64,000 nucleotides of DNA. It comes from Candidatus Cloacimonadales bacterium. Lineage in GTDB: Bacteria > Cloacimonadota > Cloacimonadia > Cloacimonadales > JAFGVF01. The stretch is from NCBI GenBank assembly GCA_963663475.2, contig CAXXJV010000001.1:192001-256000 (forward strand), read 5' to 3'. The notes beneath the pieces were generated by a model that saw nothing but the letters and a program-made list of their open reading frames with translations, had not been told where the DNA came from and did no database searches. Made by a program: the position numbers and the translations under genes. Each line of letters begins with the position of its first letter. Position 1 is the stretch's first letter. This document shows positions 7,953 through 18,350 of the stretch, piece after piece.

Positions 7953-10073
7953 TTATTTAATTTTTACAATCTTGAAGTTCTTTGTTTGTGTAGGAGAAGT
8001 CATTCTAACAAAGTAGATACCGTTAGCAACTTTCTTGTTGTTAGCATCTCTACCATCGAATTCGAAGTTATGCTCACCAGCATTGAATGATTCTCTTCTT
8101 ACAACTTGACCTAAAAGGTTGTAGATAGTTACAGTTGCAGTTTCGCCTTCTTTAACTCTTAAAGAAGTAGAAGTTGATGTTGTGAAAGGTGAAGGACCGA
8201 AGTTACGGAAAGTAGTTTCTGTGATACCAGGAACTACAGGATCATCTTCAACTGTTACAACGATAGGACCATGGAAAGAATTTTCGTTTGCTAATTCAGA
8301 AACTTCTAACCAGTAGTAGTAAGTTGTAGATTCAACTTCATTATCTGTATAAGTATAAGTTTGTGTTTGTGTTTGGTTATGTGGAGCTACTATTGTAGGA
8401 TTGATTCTGATAGCTTGTGCTTGGTTATCAGTTTCAGCTCTATATACATTATAACCTTGAAGGTTAGATTCTGACTCAGTTACCCATTTTAATGTAACAT
8501 ATTCGTTAGCATGTGCTACAGCTGTGAATGATGAAAGAGTTACAGGAAGGGTGTTTGGGTCATATGCAAAAATGTCTGTTGGACCTTTAGCACCAAAATC
8601 AATAATAATTGTTAAAACACCACCAACAAATGTATAGTCTGCTGGATCTACTGGATTATCACCATAGTAAACAACAATATCAGACCAACCAAAGTTGAAT
8701 ACAAATGTATATATACCTGAAGCTTGTCCAATATTTGAACTAAAATATTGAAGTCCACTAGGGATAACGATACCAGCTATTTCTTGTCCAACAGTAACAG
8801 GAACTTCTACAGGTGCTGTATATGTTCCACCAGCAGGAATAGTAATATTGATAACTATATCATTTGGATTTTCAGGATCACCAATAACAACTTCATCAGT
8901 TGTTGTAAATGTCCATATTGGCATATCGCCACCTGGATATAATTTTCCAGGAGGAAGATCTCTATTTGTTTTCTTTAAACCTTTTTTTGCTGCATTATTA
9001 ACAAAAGGTTTAACATACCATTCATATTCAGTATTATATTCTAATGGTTCATCAATAGCAAACTCAAGAGCAACAACATCATCTTGATAGAAACCATCAA
9101 CATAAACTTCATAACCGTCAGGGACTACAGTACCTTCATAAGTCCAAGTTAATGTTGGCATAAGTTCTACACCAGTTGCTTCATCAGCAGGTGTGTCAAC
9201 TGTTGCCCATGCATCTGGACCAACAGCAGGAGCAGCCTTTGTAGTGAATGTCCAATCTGCTGGCATGTCGCCTTCTGGGTATAATCTTTCAGGTTCAACT
9301 CTACTTGCTTTCATTCCACGTTTTGCTGCAGGTTCAATATAAGGTTTTATACCCCATGTGTAAGTTGTTTCATAAGCTAAATCAGCAGGATGGATATAAC
9401 CGAACATTGTGTTATCAGCTTCAAAAGCTACATCATCTACATGAGCACCATCAAGCCAGACTTCAAAACCATCTGGTTCAACTGTGCCTTCATAGTTCCA
9501 GCCAAGATTTGGGTAATTCATGTCCATATCGGCATCATTAATACCAACACCAGTTGCACCATCAGCTGGGAACAAGTATGTTGCCCATGCGTCTGGAGCT
9601 ACGGGACCTGTAGGTCCGCCCCATGCGACCGGATTAGCTTCTAATTGTTGGTCAGCACCAGTTTTGCTTATATCAACGGGACCATGTTCATTTCCATCAC
9701 CATCAATAAACCAGAAATTACAATGTACATTACCTCCACCAGCACCGAAATTTGTCATATATTGCATTTGAACCAATAATCTACCAGGTGTATCAGCATC
9801 ATCAGGTCCTAAATATTGAGTAGTTGATGCATTTAAATCTTCTTCATTAGGCCAATTCCAATACATAGTATTTCTTGTTCCATAGAGTACGTCAAACATA
9901 CCATCAATAGCTTCATTTCCAAAGTAAAACTCAACAACTTTGATTCCTACTGTACCAGCTGGATGATAACCTAAAGACTCTGTTTGCAAATCAATTGCAA
10001 CGGTGTAAGGGTTTTGGGCAAAAAGCCCAATCATGCTTAGTAAAAATAGAGATACAATTAATAATTTTTTCAT
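7953..10073 (-). CDS. Secreted protein with two FN3-like repeats and a FlgD-Ig/T9SS-type C-terminal domain
   Basis: Signal peptide; duplicated PDAWAT...PAD.ATGV...W.YEGTV.PDG.EV module; LPVTLSSFTA, IYNLLGQVVR, VANGIYFVRM. Confidence 0.88.
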   Translation of the reverse strand: MKKLLIVSLFLLSMIGLFAQNPYTVAIDLQTESLGYHPAGTVGIKVVEFYFGNEAIDGMFDVLYGTRNTMYWNWPNEEDLNASTTQYLGPDDADTPGRLLVQMQYMTNFGAGGGNVHCNFWFIDGDGNEHGPVDISKTGADQQLEANPVAWGGPTGPVAPDAWATYLFPADGATGVGINDADMDMNYPNLGWNYEGTVEPDGFEVWLDGAHVDDVAFEADNTMFGYIHPADLAYETTYTWGIKPYIEPAAKRGMKASRVEPERLYPEGDMPADWTFTTKAAPAVGPDAWATVDTPADEATGVELMPTLTWTYEGTVVPDGYEVYVDGFYQDDVVALEFAIDEPLEYNTEYEWYVKPFVNNAAKKGLKKTNRDLPPGKLYPGGDMPIWTFTTTDEVVIGDPENPNDIVINITIPAGGTYTAPVEVPVTVGQEIAGIVIPSGLQYFSSNIGQASGIYTFVFNFGWSDIVVYYGDNPVDPADYTFVGGVLTIIIDFGAKGPTDIFAYDPNTLPVTLSSFTAVAHANEYVTLKWVTESESNLQGYNVYRAETDNQAQAIRINPTIVAPHNQTQTQTYTYTDNEVESTTYYYWLEVSELANENSFHGPIVVTVEDDPVVPGITETTFRNFGPSPFTTSTSTSLRVKEGETATVTIYNLLGQVVRRESFNAGEHNFEFDGRDANNKKVANGIYFVRMTSPTQTKNFKIVKIK

Positions 10074-10088
10074 TTTTTCTCCCCGATA

Positions 10089-10742
10089 TTATTTACGTGC
10101 TGAAGCACGTTTACTTGTTATGTTTCTGCCAGCTGGAGCATTCCAACCAGTATATGCTTCATTTGTATAAATTAAGAAACCATCTCCAATGTTGATATCA
10201 AACGATGAACCTGGAGTTGATACTAAATATTGACTCCAACCATGAGTTTCATTATCCCAAGTTGAAATTGAAGTAATGCCTCCACCAATTGCTGCAGCAA
10301 AATCAGCTGTGGTAGTAATATCGCTTCTATTAAGAGGTAACATCATTGTGTGGAAATCATTAGCAACTAAATCATAATTGGCTTGAGTTGGTAGAGTACC
10401 TGCACAGTAAAAATCTACATTAGTTGTTCCACCCATATAAATAAGGAAAGCATCACCAGGCTGAATATCAAATGATGAGCCTGGAGTTGATACAAGATAC
10501 TGCTCCCAACCATGAGTTTCATTATTCCAAACTGATATAGAAGTAACATCTGGGCCAATAGCAGCTGCTAATTCAGCAGTAGTAGTAATCCCAGTATCTC
10601 CCATTGGCAAGGCGATCATATTAAAATCGTTTGCATATAATTCATATTTCACATATCCGACGACGTCGCTGAATTCAGATTCAACAGCGAACATAAAAGT
10701 TACGGACGCAATCAAAAGCGCTAAGACAAGCAACTTTTTCAT
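10089..10742 (-). CDS. Secreted hypothetical protein made of two ~72-aa tandem repeats
   Basis: GGAGG RBS; signal peptide; Y.L.ANDF..M.LP...ITTTA..AAAIG...TSIS.W.NETHGW.QYLVSTPGSSFDI..GD.FLIY occurs twice; 15 nt upstream of the next gene. Confidence 0.88.
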   Translation of the reverse strand: MKKLLVLALLIASVTFMFAVESEFSDVVGYVKYELYANDFNMIALPMGDTGITTTAELAAAIGPDVTSISVWNNETHGWEQYLVSTPGSSFDIQPGDAFLIYMGGTTNVDFYCAGTLPTQANYDLVANDFHTMMLPLNRSDITTTADFAAAIGGGITSISTWDNETHGWSQYLVSTPGSSFDINIGDGFLIYTNEAYTGWNAPAGRNITSKRASARK

Positions 10743-10797
10743 ATACGAACCTCCATAAGTTCTTTTTTTGTTTTGGTCACCACACCACTACAATGTC

Positions 10798-10826
10798 ATA
10801 ATATGCATATAAATAATAAGTGTCAA
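10798..10826 (-). promoter_or_regulatory. Putative sigma70 promoter
   Basis: Minus strand TTGACA, 17 nt, TATTAT. Confidence 0.55.
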
Positions 10827-11100
10827 ATATTTTTTTAGATAAAATAAGTTTTTAGAAGTGAGGAGATGGCGAGATGCTTATTTAGAGGTGTTTTACATGG
10901 GGAAAAAGAATTCTTAATAATTACACAGGGGTATGGGGAGATTCACCACAAAGGCACGAAAACATAAAGGAAAAAGAAGGTGATGAATTACTTATTATTA
11001 TTTGACACTTTCAGGGATTTTCTATATGGTGTGTCTCTACAAGGGGTTTGCACCCCTTGCTGACAAATATCATCCTTTCTGGATTTAATAATTTTGGTGG

Positions 11101-11264
11101 TTAAACCCAAATGGTGCAATAGAGCTTTAGAGAAGAGTGCTAGATTCTTTTAGCAAAATAGCTTACAGTGTAAAGAATCGTTTACTCTCCCCGCCTTACG
11201 GCACCCCTCTCATACCGCTCTTACGAGCTGAAAGGGGAATTAAGAGACAATCCCGCGACCCAAA
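11101..11264. repeat. Repeat patch: partial MITE-like element, inverted B module, half REP
   Basis: agagctttagagaagagtgctagattc...gcttacag (cf. 32411-32578); reverse complement of the B module at 11180-11240; aatcccgcgacccaaa. Confidence 0.75.
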
Positions 11265-11420
11265 TACAGGCAGACTTTTAGTAAGCTAATTTTTTCCTAA
11301 ACTCTGTGTTAAGGATCTTTTTCTTCTTTTTTTTTTGCTTTTAGCAAAAAGTAATTCGTGAAATCCGTGGACAGACTATTTCTATCACACCGTCTCCCCG
11401 TCTTTGAGCCAAAGGGGAAG

Positions 11421-11855
11421 CTACATAATTTCCAGTAATTCTACTTGGAATTTAAGGTCTGCATTTGGTGGGATAACTCTGCCAGCTCCACGGGAGCCGT
11501 AGCCAAGTTCAGCAGGGATAAGCAGGGTTCTTACTTCACCTACTTTCATACCTAGGACACCTTGATCCCAGCCTTTAATAACTCTACCAGCGCCTAATTG
11601 GAAGGTAAAAGCTTGGTCTCTATCTTTAGAGGAATCAAATTTTGTTCCATCCATTAGCCAGCCAGTGTAGTGAACGAGAACCTTATCGCCTTTTTTAGCA
11701 GCAAGTCCATCGCCTTCAACATCAATAGTGTACTTTAATCCGTTTTCCATAGTTATCAATCCTTTTTCATTAGTTTGAGAGTCTTTTCCTTGATTGCTAC
11801 AAGCAAAGCTAGCTAGGGTCAAGACAATCAATAGTAGGTAAGAAATTTTTTTCAT
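11421..11855 (-). CDS. FKBP-type peptidyl-prolyl cis-trans isomerase (lipoprotein)
   Basis: Lipobox-like ASFAC; VHYTGWL.DGTKFDSS.DR, VIKGWDQG, YGSRGAG.VIPPNA.L.F.VELL. Confidence 0.95.
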   Translation of the reverse strand: MKKISYLLLIVLTLASFACSNQGKDSQTNEKGLITMENGLKYTIDVEGDGLAAKKGDKVLVHYTGWLMDGTKFDSSKDRDQAFTFQLGAGRVIKGWDQGVLGMKVGEVRTLLIPAELGYGSRGAGRVIPPNADLKFQVELLEIM

Positions 11856-11956
11856 ATTTTCATCCTTGTCTAGTTTTTTGAACCAAAATATGGGAGCTTG
11901 GCTTTTGTGTAAACATAATTCTTGACTAAATAGGGAAGAAATTTATTGCTATCAAT

Positions 11957-13321
11957 ATGAGAAAATATTTAGACAGAGCCAAAATAGACTATGTAATAGA
12001 GCATTTAAAGTTAAGATGTAAGCTAGATCAAGACTTAGTGGAGAGAATTATCTTTTTACAGGAAGATAATTTAAGTAATTTGCCTAAGAATAGGATAGTC
12101 TTTCCTCTTAGTGCTAAAACTTATAGGGAGGACAAGGAGATTGGAGGATTAGCCATTCTCTACCCTATTTATGGTGATAGACAAGACCATTATTTTTGGG
12201 ATAATGGATGTCTAGTCTTTTCTCATGATATTTTTAAGGAAATCTTTTGTTTGCAAACTTTATATTATGAGCAAGAGATAGTAGGCAGGGATAGGTTAGG
12301 TCGGATAAGGGGTGAAGACAGTTTGAATTACAGGATGAATTTTCTGAGAAAGCCCATAGTAGATTATTTATATGAGCTGATTATCCAGGCTATTGCAGAA
12401 TATGCTAGCAAGAATAATCTGCCTTTTACCAGGAAAGATTTGCTTAGCAAGCATAGCTTTTTGTTGAGTCATGATGTAGATAGGATTGAGACTTATTCCT
12501 TTTATAATTTACTAAATTCTTTTAAGAAGTGTCTACAAAAACCTACAAATTCAAATTTTAAGAATAGTCTAAAACATATACAAGAGTATTTTCGTTTTGG
12601 TAAGAGAGCTAATCCTCTTTGGGATTTCCCTCAACTAAGGGAGATTGAAAAGTCTTTCCAGATTAAATCTACCTATTATTTTTTAAATCGGGGTCAGCTG
12701 CATAAAGATGCTTACTATTCTTTAACCAATCCTAAAATCTTAAGATTAATTAAAGAAATCCAGTCTGACGGCAATGAAGTTGCTTTGCATGTGACTATTG
12801 CTGGCAACAGGAGGCAGGAAGTTCTAGCAGATAATTTAAGGTCTTTAAATAGGGTAATTAAGGGTCAGGTTAGTGGGGTTCGTTCTCATTGGTTGAGATT
12901 TGAAGCTGGAGAGACAGCTGATATTTTAGAAAGGCTGGGACTCAAGTATGATACGTCGATAGGACATTTTTCCCAGGTAGGATTTAGGTCAGGAACCTGT
13001 CTTCCTTACAGACTCTTTTCTTTTGCCCAAAATAGGATGCTTAATGTTTGGGAGATACCTTTAATTTACATGGATTGTATGATTTTAGATTATCAGAATT
13101 ATAGTCAAGAGCAAGCCTTAGAGATTTTAGCAGATCTTTTAGAAGAGGTTAAGAAATTTAGAGGGATTTATAGTATCTTGTGGCACAATGGAAATCTGGC
13201 CCAGACTAGTCCTTTTGGGAGAAAGGATTTTTACGAGAAACTACTTAGAATGATTATGGATTCTAGACCTAACAATATGACTGCTGAGTCTTTAATAAAA
13301 CAAATTGAGGAGACCTACTAG
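11957..13321 (+). CDS. Polysaccharide deacetylase family protein
   Basis: LSHDVD, EVALH, GVRSHWLRF, YDTS.G...GFRSGTC.PY, EIPL..MD, ILWHN. Confidence 0.85.
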   Translation: MRKYLDRAKIDYVIEHLKLRCKLDQDLVERIIFLQEDNLSNLPKNRIVFPLSAKTYREDKEIGGLAILYPIYGDRQDHYFWDNGCLVFSHDIFKEIFCLQTLYYEQEIVGRDRLGRIRGEDSLNYRMNFLRKPIVDYLYELIIQAIAEYASKNNLPFTRKDLLSKHSFLLSHDVDRIETYSFYNLLNSFKKCLQKPTNSNFKNSLKHIQEYFRFGKRANPLWDFPQLREIEKSFQIKSTYYFLNRGQLHKDAYYSLTNPKILRLIKEIQSDGNEVALHVTIAGNRRQEVLADNLRSLNRVIKGQVSGVRSHWLRFEAGETADILERLGLKYDTSIGHFSQVGFRSGTCLPYRLFSFAQNRMLNVWEIPLIYMDCMILDYQNYSQEQALEILADLLEEVKKFRGIYSILWHNGNLAQTSPFGRKDFYEKLLRMIMDSRPNNMTAESLIKQIEETY

Positions 13322-13322
13322 C

Positions 13323-15287
13323 ATGTGTGGAATAAGTGGGATATTTTCTTTTAGGGGAAATGATATAGATTTTACTAGTATAGTAGCTATGAACAATAAG
13401 ATACGGCATCGAGGGCCTGATGATGAGGGTTATTTTATGCAAGGTGGGGATCATAGTGGACCAGGGCTTTATTGTGGTAATGATTCAACTTTAGAGATTA
13501 AGAAAGCTTTTCCCCATGTTAGTAAAAGTCCAGCAACAAATCTTGCTTTAGGATTTAGAAGGCTAGCCATTATTGATTTAAGTGAAGATGGTCATCAGCC
13601 TATGCAAGATAAATCTGGTCGCTATACAATAGTCTTTAATGGTGAGATCTATAATTATCTGGAATTGCAGGCAAGTTTAAAGTCTAAAGGTTATACTTTT
13701 ACGAGTAAGAGTGACACAGAAGTCTTATTAACTATGTTTATTGAATATGGGATAGATTCTTTTAATTATTTAAATGGAATGTGGGCCTTGGCAATCTGGG
13801 ATAGTATGAAAGAAGAGTTAATTTTAGCCAGAGACAGGTGGGGTATCAAGCCCTTATGTTATTATAGGGATGGGGAGCGGATAATTTTTGCTTCGGAAGA
13901 GAAGCAGATAATAGGAGCAGGGGTTAAGATAAGTCCTAATTTAGACATGATTTATAGGTATTTGAATTTGGGTTCGCTGGTTGCATATGGTGATGAGACC
14001 TTTTATAAGGAGATTTCCAGTGTTAAAGCGGGAACTCTTATGAGGATAAGTAAAAATGAATATAAGTCTATTGCCTATTATAACATGGATATTTCTGCCT
14101 TTGAAACTTATGATTTAGCTTTTGAGGAAGCTAGAGAGACTTATCAAGACTTGTTTGCCAGATCAGTTAACTTACGGATGAGATCAGATGTGGAAGTTGG
14201 TTCTTGTTTAAGTGGAGGATTAGATTCTTCGGCAATTGTCTGTCAGGCAGCTAAAGCCTCTAGTAGTTCTTTCAAGACTTTTTCAGCCTACTATGACAAT
14301 TCTCCTGCTTATGATGAGAGGAAGTGGATTGAAATAGTTAATAAGGCTTATAATTGCCATTCTTATCTCATAAGTCCTCATGATAAAGATGTTGCTAGAG
14401 ATTTTGCTAAGATAAGCTATATTCATGATAGACCTGTGATTGGGTCAAGTCCTGTTTCCCAATATTATGTAATGAAAAGAGCTCAGGAAGCAGGGGTTAA
14501 GGTTGTGTTAGATGGACAGGGTTCTGATGAAATAACAGCTGGCTATAATCATGCTTTCTATCGTTATTATGCAGATTTAATCAAGGGGAGAAATTTCATA
14601 AGATTGAGTGATGAGTTACCAGACTATTTACTAAATCACCCTAAGGGCAATTCTCTATCCAAGCTGGGGAAAATCTTATTTACCCTGATTATGAAAGAAT
14701 CTTCTCTCTATAATTTTGAGATTAGGAAGCTTAATCCAGAAGTTATGCATAGTAGGTTTAGGCAGGGTATTTTGTCTGAAATTGAAGATTTAAAGACTTC
14801 TAAATTATCTAATTTTCAATACAATCTCTTAAGGAATATCTTCCTCCCCTCTCTTCTCCACTTTGAAGATAGGAATTCAATGGCCTTTTCTCTAGAAAGT
14901 AGGGTTCCTTTTCTAGATGTTAATTTAGTTGAGTTTGCCTTTTCTCTTCCTTCCCACTATAAGATCCAGGGTAGTCAGGGTAAGTATATCCACAGAAAAA
15001 GCTTACAGAATATTGTACCTGAGGCTATATATAAGCGTAAAGATAAGGTAAACTTTGCAGCTCCTGGAGAGATTATCTGGTTACGCAAGGCTATGCTGGC
15101 AGATTTAAAGGCTACCATTAACTCTCCCCTCTTTACTAAGAGTAAGCTGTTTGATACTATCAAATTAGGGGAAATTATTCATAATTACTTGCTAGGCCAT
15201 AATAGGTATGCAGGACTTGTCTGGAAATTGTATGGACTGGGAGTCTGGTATAATCTAAATTTTGAAGGAAAGTATGCACAAGAATAA
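13323..15287 (+). CDS. asnB: Asparagine synthase (glutamine-hydrolysing) family amidotransferase, polysaccharide-cluster type
   Basis: Start moved to ATG 13323 to give Ntn N-terminus MCGISG; HRGPD, RRLAIID, FNGEIYNY, LSGGLDSS, ESRVPFLD. Confidence 0.92.
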   Translation: MCGISGIFSFRGNDIDFTSIVAMNNKIRHRGPDDEGYFMQGGDHSGPGLYCGNDSTLEIKKAFPHVSKSPATNLALGFRRLAIIDLSEDGHQPMQDKSGRYTIVFNGEIYNYLELQASLKSKGYTFTSKSDTEVLLTMFIEYGIDSFNYLNGMWALAIWDSMKEELILARDRWGIKPLCYYRDGERIIFASEEKQIIGAGVKISPNLDMIYRYLNLGSLVAYGDETFYKEISSVKAGTLMRISKNEYKSIAYYNMDISAFETYDLAFEEARETYQDLFARSVNLRMRSDVEVGSCLSGGLDSSAIVCQAAKASSSSFKTFSAYYDNSPAYDERKWIEIVNKAYNCHSYLISPHDKDVARDFAKISYIHDRPVIGSSPVSQYYVMKRAQEAGVKVVLDGQGSDEITAGYNHAFYRYYADLIKGRNFIRLSDELPDYLLNHPKGNSLSKLGKILFTLIMKESSLYNFEIRKLNPEVMHSRFRQGILSEIEDLKTSKLSNFQYNLLRNIFLPSLLHFEDRNSMAFSLESRVPFLDVNLVEFAFSLPSHYKIQGSQGKYIHRKSLQNIVPEAIYKRKDKVNFAAPGEIIWLRKAMLADLKATINSPLFTKSKLFDTIKLGEIIHNYLLGHNRYAGLVWKLYGLGVWYNLNFEGKYAQE

Positions 15288-16746
15288 AATCAAGAATACA
15301 GCAAAAAATACATTAGTTTATAGCATTAGCAATGTCTTGGTAAAGATGTCAGGACTGATTCTTTTGCCCCTTTATACTTCTCATATTTCACTAGCACAAT
15401 ATGGTTTATTGGGTTTCTATGAAATCACTTTTGAAGTTTTACATTTAATCTCTGGTTTGGGTATAGATAATGCTCTTGCTAGGTGGTATTGGGATAAAGA
15501 TGAGAGATTTACTCAGAAAGAAGTAGTTTTCAATGCTGGATTAGTTTCGCATGTAACAACTTTTCTTATAATGTCCTTAGCCTTTTTAAGTCTAGTAGCC
15601 TTCTCTGATACCCTGCTCTGGGAAAAGCAATCTAATTCTTTACTCTTTTGGTTTGTTATCAGTAGTCTGACAAGAGTCTTAATCAGACAGCCCTTATTGC
15701 TAATGAGGATTCAAGAGTTATCAGTTAGGCAAACTCTGATTAATATTATTCGAATTATTATTGTGGTAGGTATATCCTTTGTTACTATTGCCCATTTAAA
15801 GTTAGGTCTTGCGGGTATTTTCATAGCTGAGACCTGTGCAAATGCTTTAATACTCCCCTATCTTTACCGGTATTTATGGAAAAATATTGTCTTTAAATAT
15901 AATCTATTCTTGATTAAAGATATGCTAGCCTTCTCTCTTCCCCTTGTTTTATCCTCCTTCTTAGCTTTAATTTTAACTCTTTCTGACCGCTATATTATTC
16001 AATACTTTGGTAATTTTGAAGATACAGGAATTTATACTCTGGCCTACAAGATATCTAATATCATAAGGGTCTTTGTAATCCACTCTTTTGCCCAAGCTTA
16101 TATACCCGTCTTTTATAGGTATATGGAAGACCAGGATTCCCGCAATTTCTATGTTAAATCAGTAAGCTACTACACTTTTGTAGCCTCTATTATCGCCTTA
16201 GCTTTGACTATTTTCGGACAGGAGGCTATTCAAATTGTAGCTCAATCTGCAGACTATTATTCTGCTTATAAACTCCTCCCCTACCTAGTGATTGGTGTTA
16301 TCTTTGCTGGACTTAGGCAAATCCTAGTCTTACCAATTAATAAACATAAAAAAACTAAACTTATTTCAATTATAACTATTAGTGCTGGTTGCTTTAACTT
16401 AGTATTAAATATCCTCTTAGTCCCTCTCATGGGGGCCAGAGGTGCAGCCCTAGCCACTGGGCTTGCCAACTTGTTTGTCGTAATCTTCTACTACTATTTT
16501 GTGAATAAACTAGAGAAAATTCGCTATGAAGATAAAAAGATTATCAATGCTATTGGACTTACTATTATCTTATCAGCCATTGCCTTAGCTATCTCAGACC
16601 TTGATATCTATTATCGACTAGCTATTAAAATCATCCTGTTTGCTAGTTTCCCCCTTATTCTCTTTCTCAGTGGTTACTACGATAAAGAAGAAATTCACCA
16701 GATTAAACATGCCCTAGGTCAACTAAAAAATAAGTATGTAAAATAA
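15274..16746 (+). CDS. Oligosaccharide flippase (Wzx/MOP family)
   Basis: Many TM helices; KNTLVYSIS, LLPLYT, SDRYII...GIYTLAYKI, GARGAALAT; likely ATG at 15274. Confidence 0.88.
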   Translation: MHKNKIKNTAKNTLVYSISNVLVKMSGLILLPLYTSHISLAQYGLLGFYEITFEVLHLISGLGIDNALARWYWDKDERFTQKEVVFNAGLVSHVTTFLIMSLAFLSLVAFSDTLLWEKQSNSLLFWFVISSLTRVLIRQPLLLMRIQELSVRQTLINIIRIIIVVGISFVTIAHLKLGLAGIFIAETCANALILPYLYRYLWKNIVFKYNLFLIKDMLAFSLPLVLSSFLALILTLSDRYIIQYFGNFEDTGIYTLAYKISNIIRVFVIHSFAQAYIPVFYRYMEDQDSRNFYVKSVSYYTFVASIIALALTIFGQEAIQIVAQSADYYSAYKLLPYLVIGVIFAGLRQILVLPINKHKKTKLISIITISAGCFNLVLNILLVPLMGARGAALATGLANLFVVIFYYYFVNKLEKIRYEDKKIINAIGLTIILSAIALAISDLDIYYRLAIKIILFASFPLILFLSGYYDKEEIHQIKHALGQLKNKYVK

Positions 16747-16760
16747 TTAAGGAATTAAAA

Positions 16761-18095
16761 ATGAATGACTTAGATATTTTCTCAGTTCAAGAAATTAATA
16801 ATCATATAAAGAATATTTTGGAAAATAATATTCCTAACCTTTATGTCCAAGGACAGATTGCTAACTTTGTCAGACACTCTTCTGGCCATATCTATTTTTC
16901 TATCAAAGATGACTTTTCTACCCTCCGCTGTGTCTTCTTTAAACAATATAATTATGGTCTAGACTTCTTGCCAAAAAATGGAGACCAAGTTATCCTCTTT
17001 GGTAACATCAGTCTCTATGTTAAAGGTGGTTCTTATCAGTTTAATGTGAGAAATATCTTCTCTTCTGGCAAAGGTATCTTGCAAATTAAATTTGAACAAT
17101 TAAAGGCTAAACTGCATGCTCAAGGTTATTTCGACCAAGCCCATAAAAAAACTATACCTAAATTTCCTAATAAAGTAGCTTTGATAACATCTCCCACTGG
17201 TGCAGCCTTGCAAGATTTTAAAAATGTTATCTTTAGACGCTTCCCTATTGAACTTATTTTATACCCAGTAACTGTGCAAGGAGAAAATGCTGGTAAATCA
17301 CTGACTGCAGCTGTTCAGTATTTTACTGCTAACCCCATTGCAGATGTCTTAGTCATCTCTCGTGGAGGTGGCTCTCAAGAAGACCTCTTTTGCTTTAATG
17401 ATGAAGATCTTGTGAAAGCTATTTATGACTGCCCAATCCCTGTCATTAGTGGGGTTGGACATGAAATAGATTTTACTCTGACCGACTTTGTAGCAGACCT
17501 AAGAGCTCCTACTCCTTCTGCTGCTGCTGAACTTGCGGTTCCTGATCGAGGTCAATTACAAGATTCTCTTAATAGAATCAAAACAGAGTTTAAAGTAAGC
17601 TTACAAGGCAAAATTCACTACGAAACTAATAGGCTAAATAGATTTAAAAAAACTCTGTCTGACCTGAAAGTTGAATCTAAGCTAAATCAAAAACGCTTAG
17701 AACTTTTAGAATTGGAAAAAAGCTTGGCTAACATGGCTAGTGTTTCTAATTTCCTTAGACAAAAATTGACTAATCTGGCTGAAAATCTAGAGTATAGGTT
17801 TAAGACTAAAGCTGAAAATAAAATCGCTAGTGATAAAAACTTACTGGCTAATGAGAAAATTAGACTTAGCTCCTTGCTGACTGCTAAACTTGTTGAGGAA
17901 AAACACTACTTTAAACTGCTTAGCAGTAAAGTAGAATCTCATTCTCCTCTGGCTATCCTAAAACAAGGCTTTGCCTATGTTTCCCAGGATGGTAAATTGC
18001 TGGCTAGAGCTAGTAATGTGGATAAAAATACTGAAGTGAAAATTAGATTCTATGATGGCCAAGTGGCTGCTAAAATTGTGGATGATGAGAGTTGA
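16761..18095 (+). CDS. xseA: Exodeoxyribonuclease VII large subunit
   Basis: SGHIYFSIKD, ITSPTGAA, RGGGSQEDL..FN, ISGVGHEID.TL.DFVAD.RAPTPSAAAE. Confidence 0.96.
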   Translation: MNDLDIFSVQEINNHIKNILENNIPNLYVQGQIANFVRHSSGHIYFSIKDDFSTLRCVFFKQYNYGLDFLPKNGDQVILFGNISLYVKGGSYQFNVRNIFSSGKGILQIKFEQLKAKLHAQGYFDQAHKKTIPKFPNKVALITSPTGAALQDFKNVIFRRFPIELILYPVTVQGENAGKSLTAAVQYFTANPIADVLVISRGGGSQEDLFCFNDEDLVKAIYDCPIPVISGVGHEIDFTLTDFVADLRAPTPSAAAELAVPDRGQLQDSLNRIKTEFKVSLQGKIHYETNRLNRFKKTLSDLKVESKLNQKRLELLELEKSLANMASVSNFLRQKLTNLAENLEYRFKTKAENKIASDKNLLANEKIRLSSLLTAKLVEEKHYFKLLSSKVESHSPLAILKQGFAYVSQDGKLLARASNVDKNTEVKIRFYDGQVAAKIVDDES

Positions 18096-18111
18096 GAGCC
18101 TAGCTGGTAAG

Positions 18112-18280
18112 GCGGGCTGGAATCCCACGACCCAATCCCGTAACCACTTGATTTCTGAGTAACCGCGGGCTGGATCCCCTTTCAGCTCGTCAGAGCGGTG
18201 TGAGAGGGGTGCCGTAAGGCGGGGAGAGTAAACAATCCCCTTCACACAGACCGGAGTTCCTCAGCCGTAGGCAAGGGACT
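18112..18280 (+). repeat. Modular repeat array, part 1 (A, A', B, C modules)
   Basis: REP unit A, B module cagctcgtcagagcgg...ggtgccgtaaggcggggagag, C module ccggagttcctcagccgtaggcaagggact cut by IS21. Confidence 0.9.
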
Positions 18281-18350
18281 TGTCAATGGAAGTTTAAACT
18301 GGTACACTTTTGGAAGTCATAACTGGTACACTGTTGTAAACAATTTTTTT

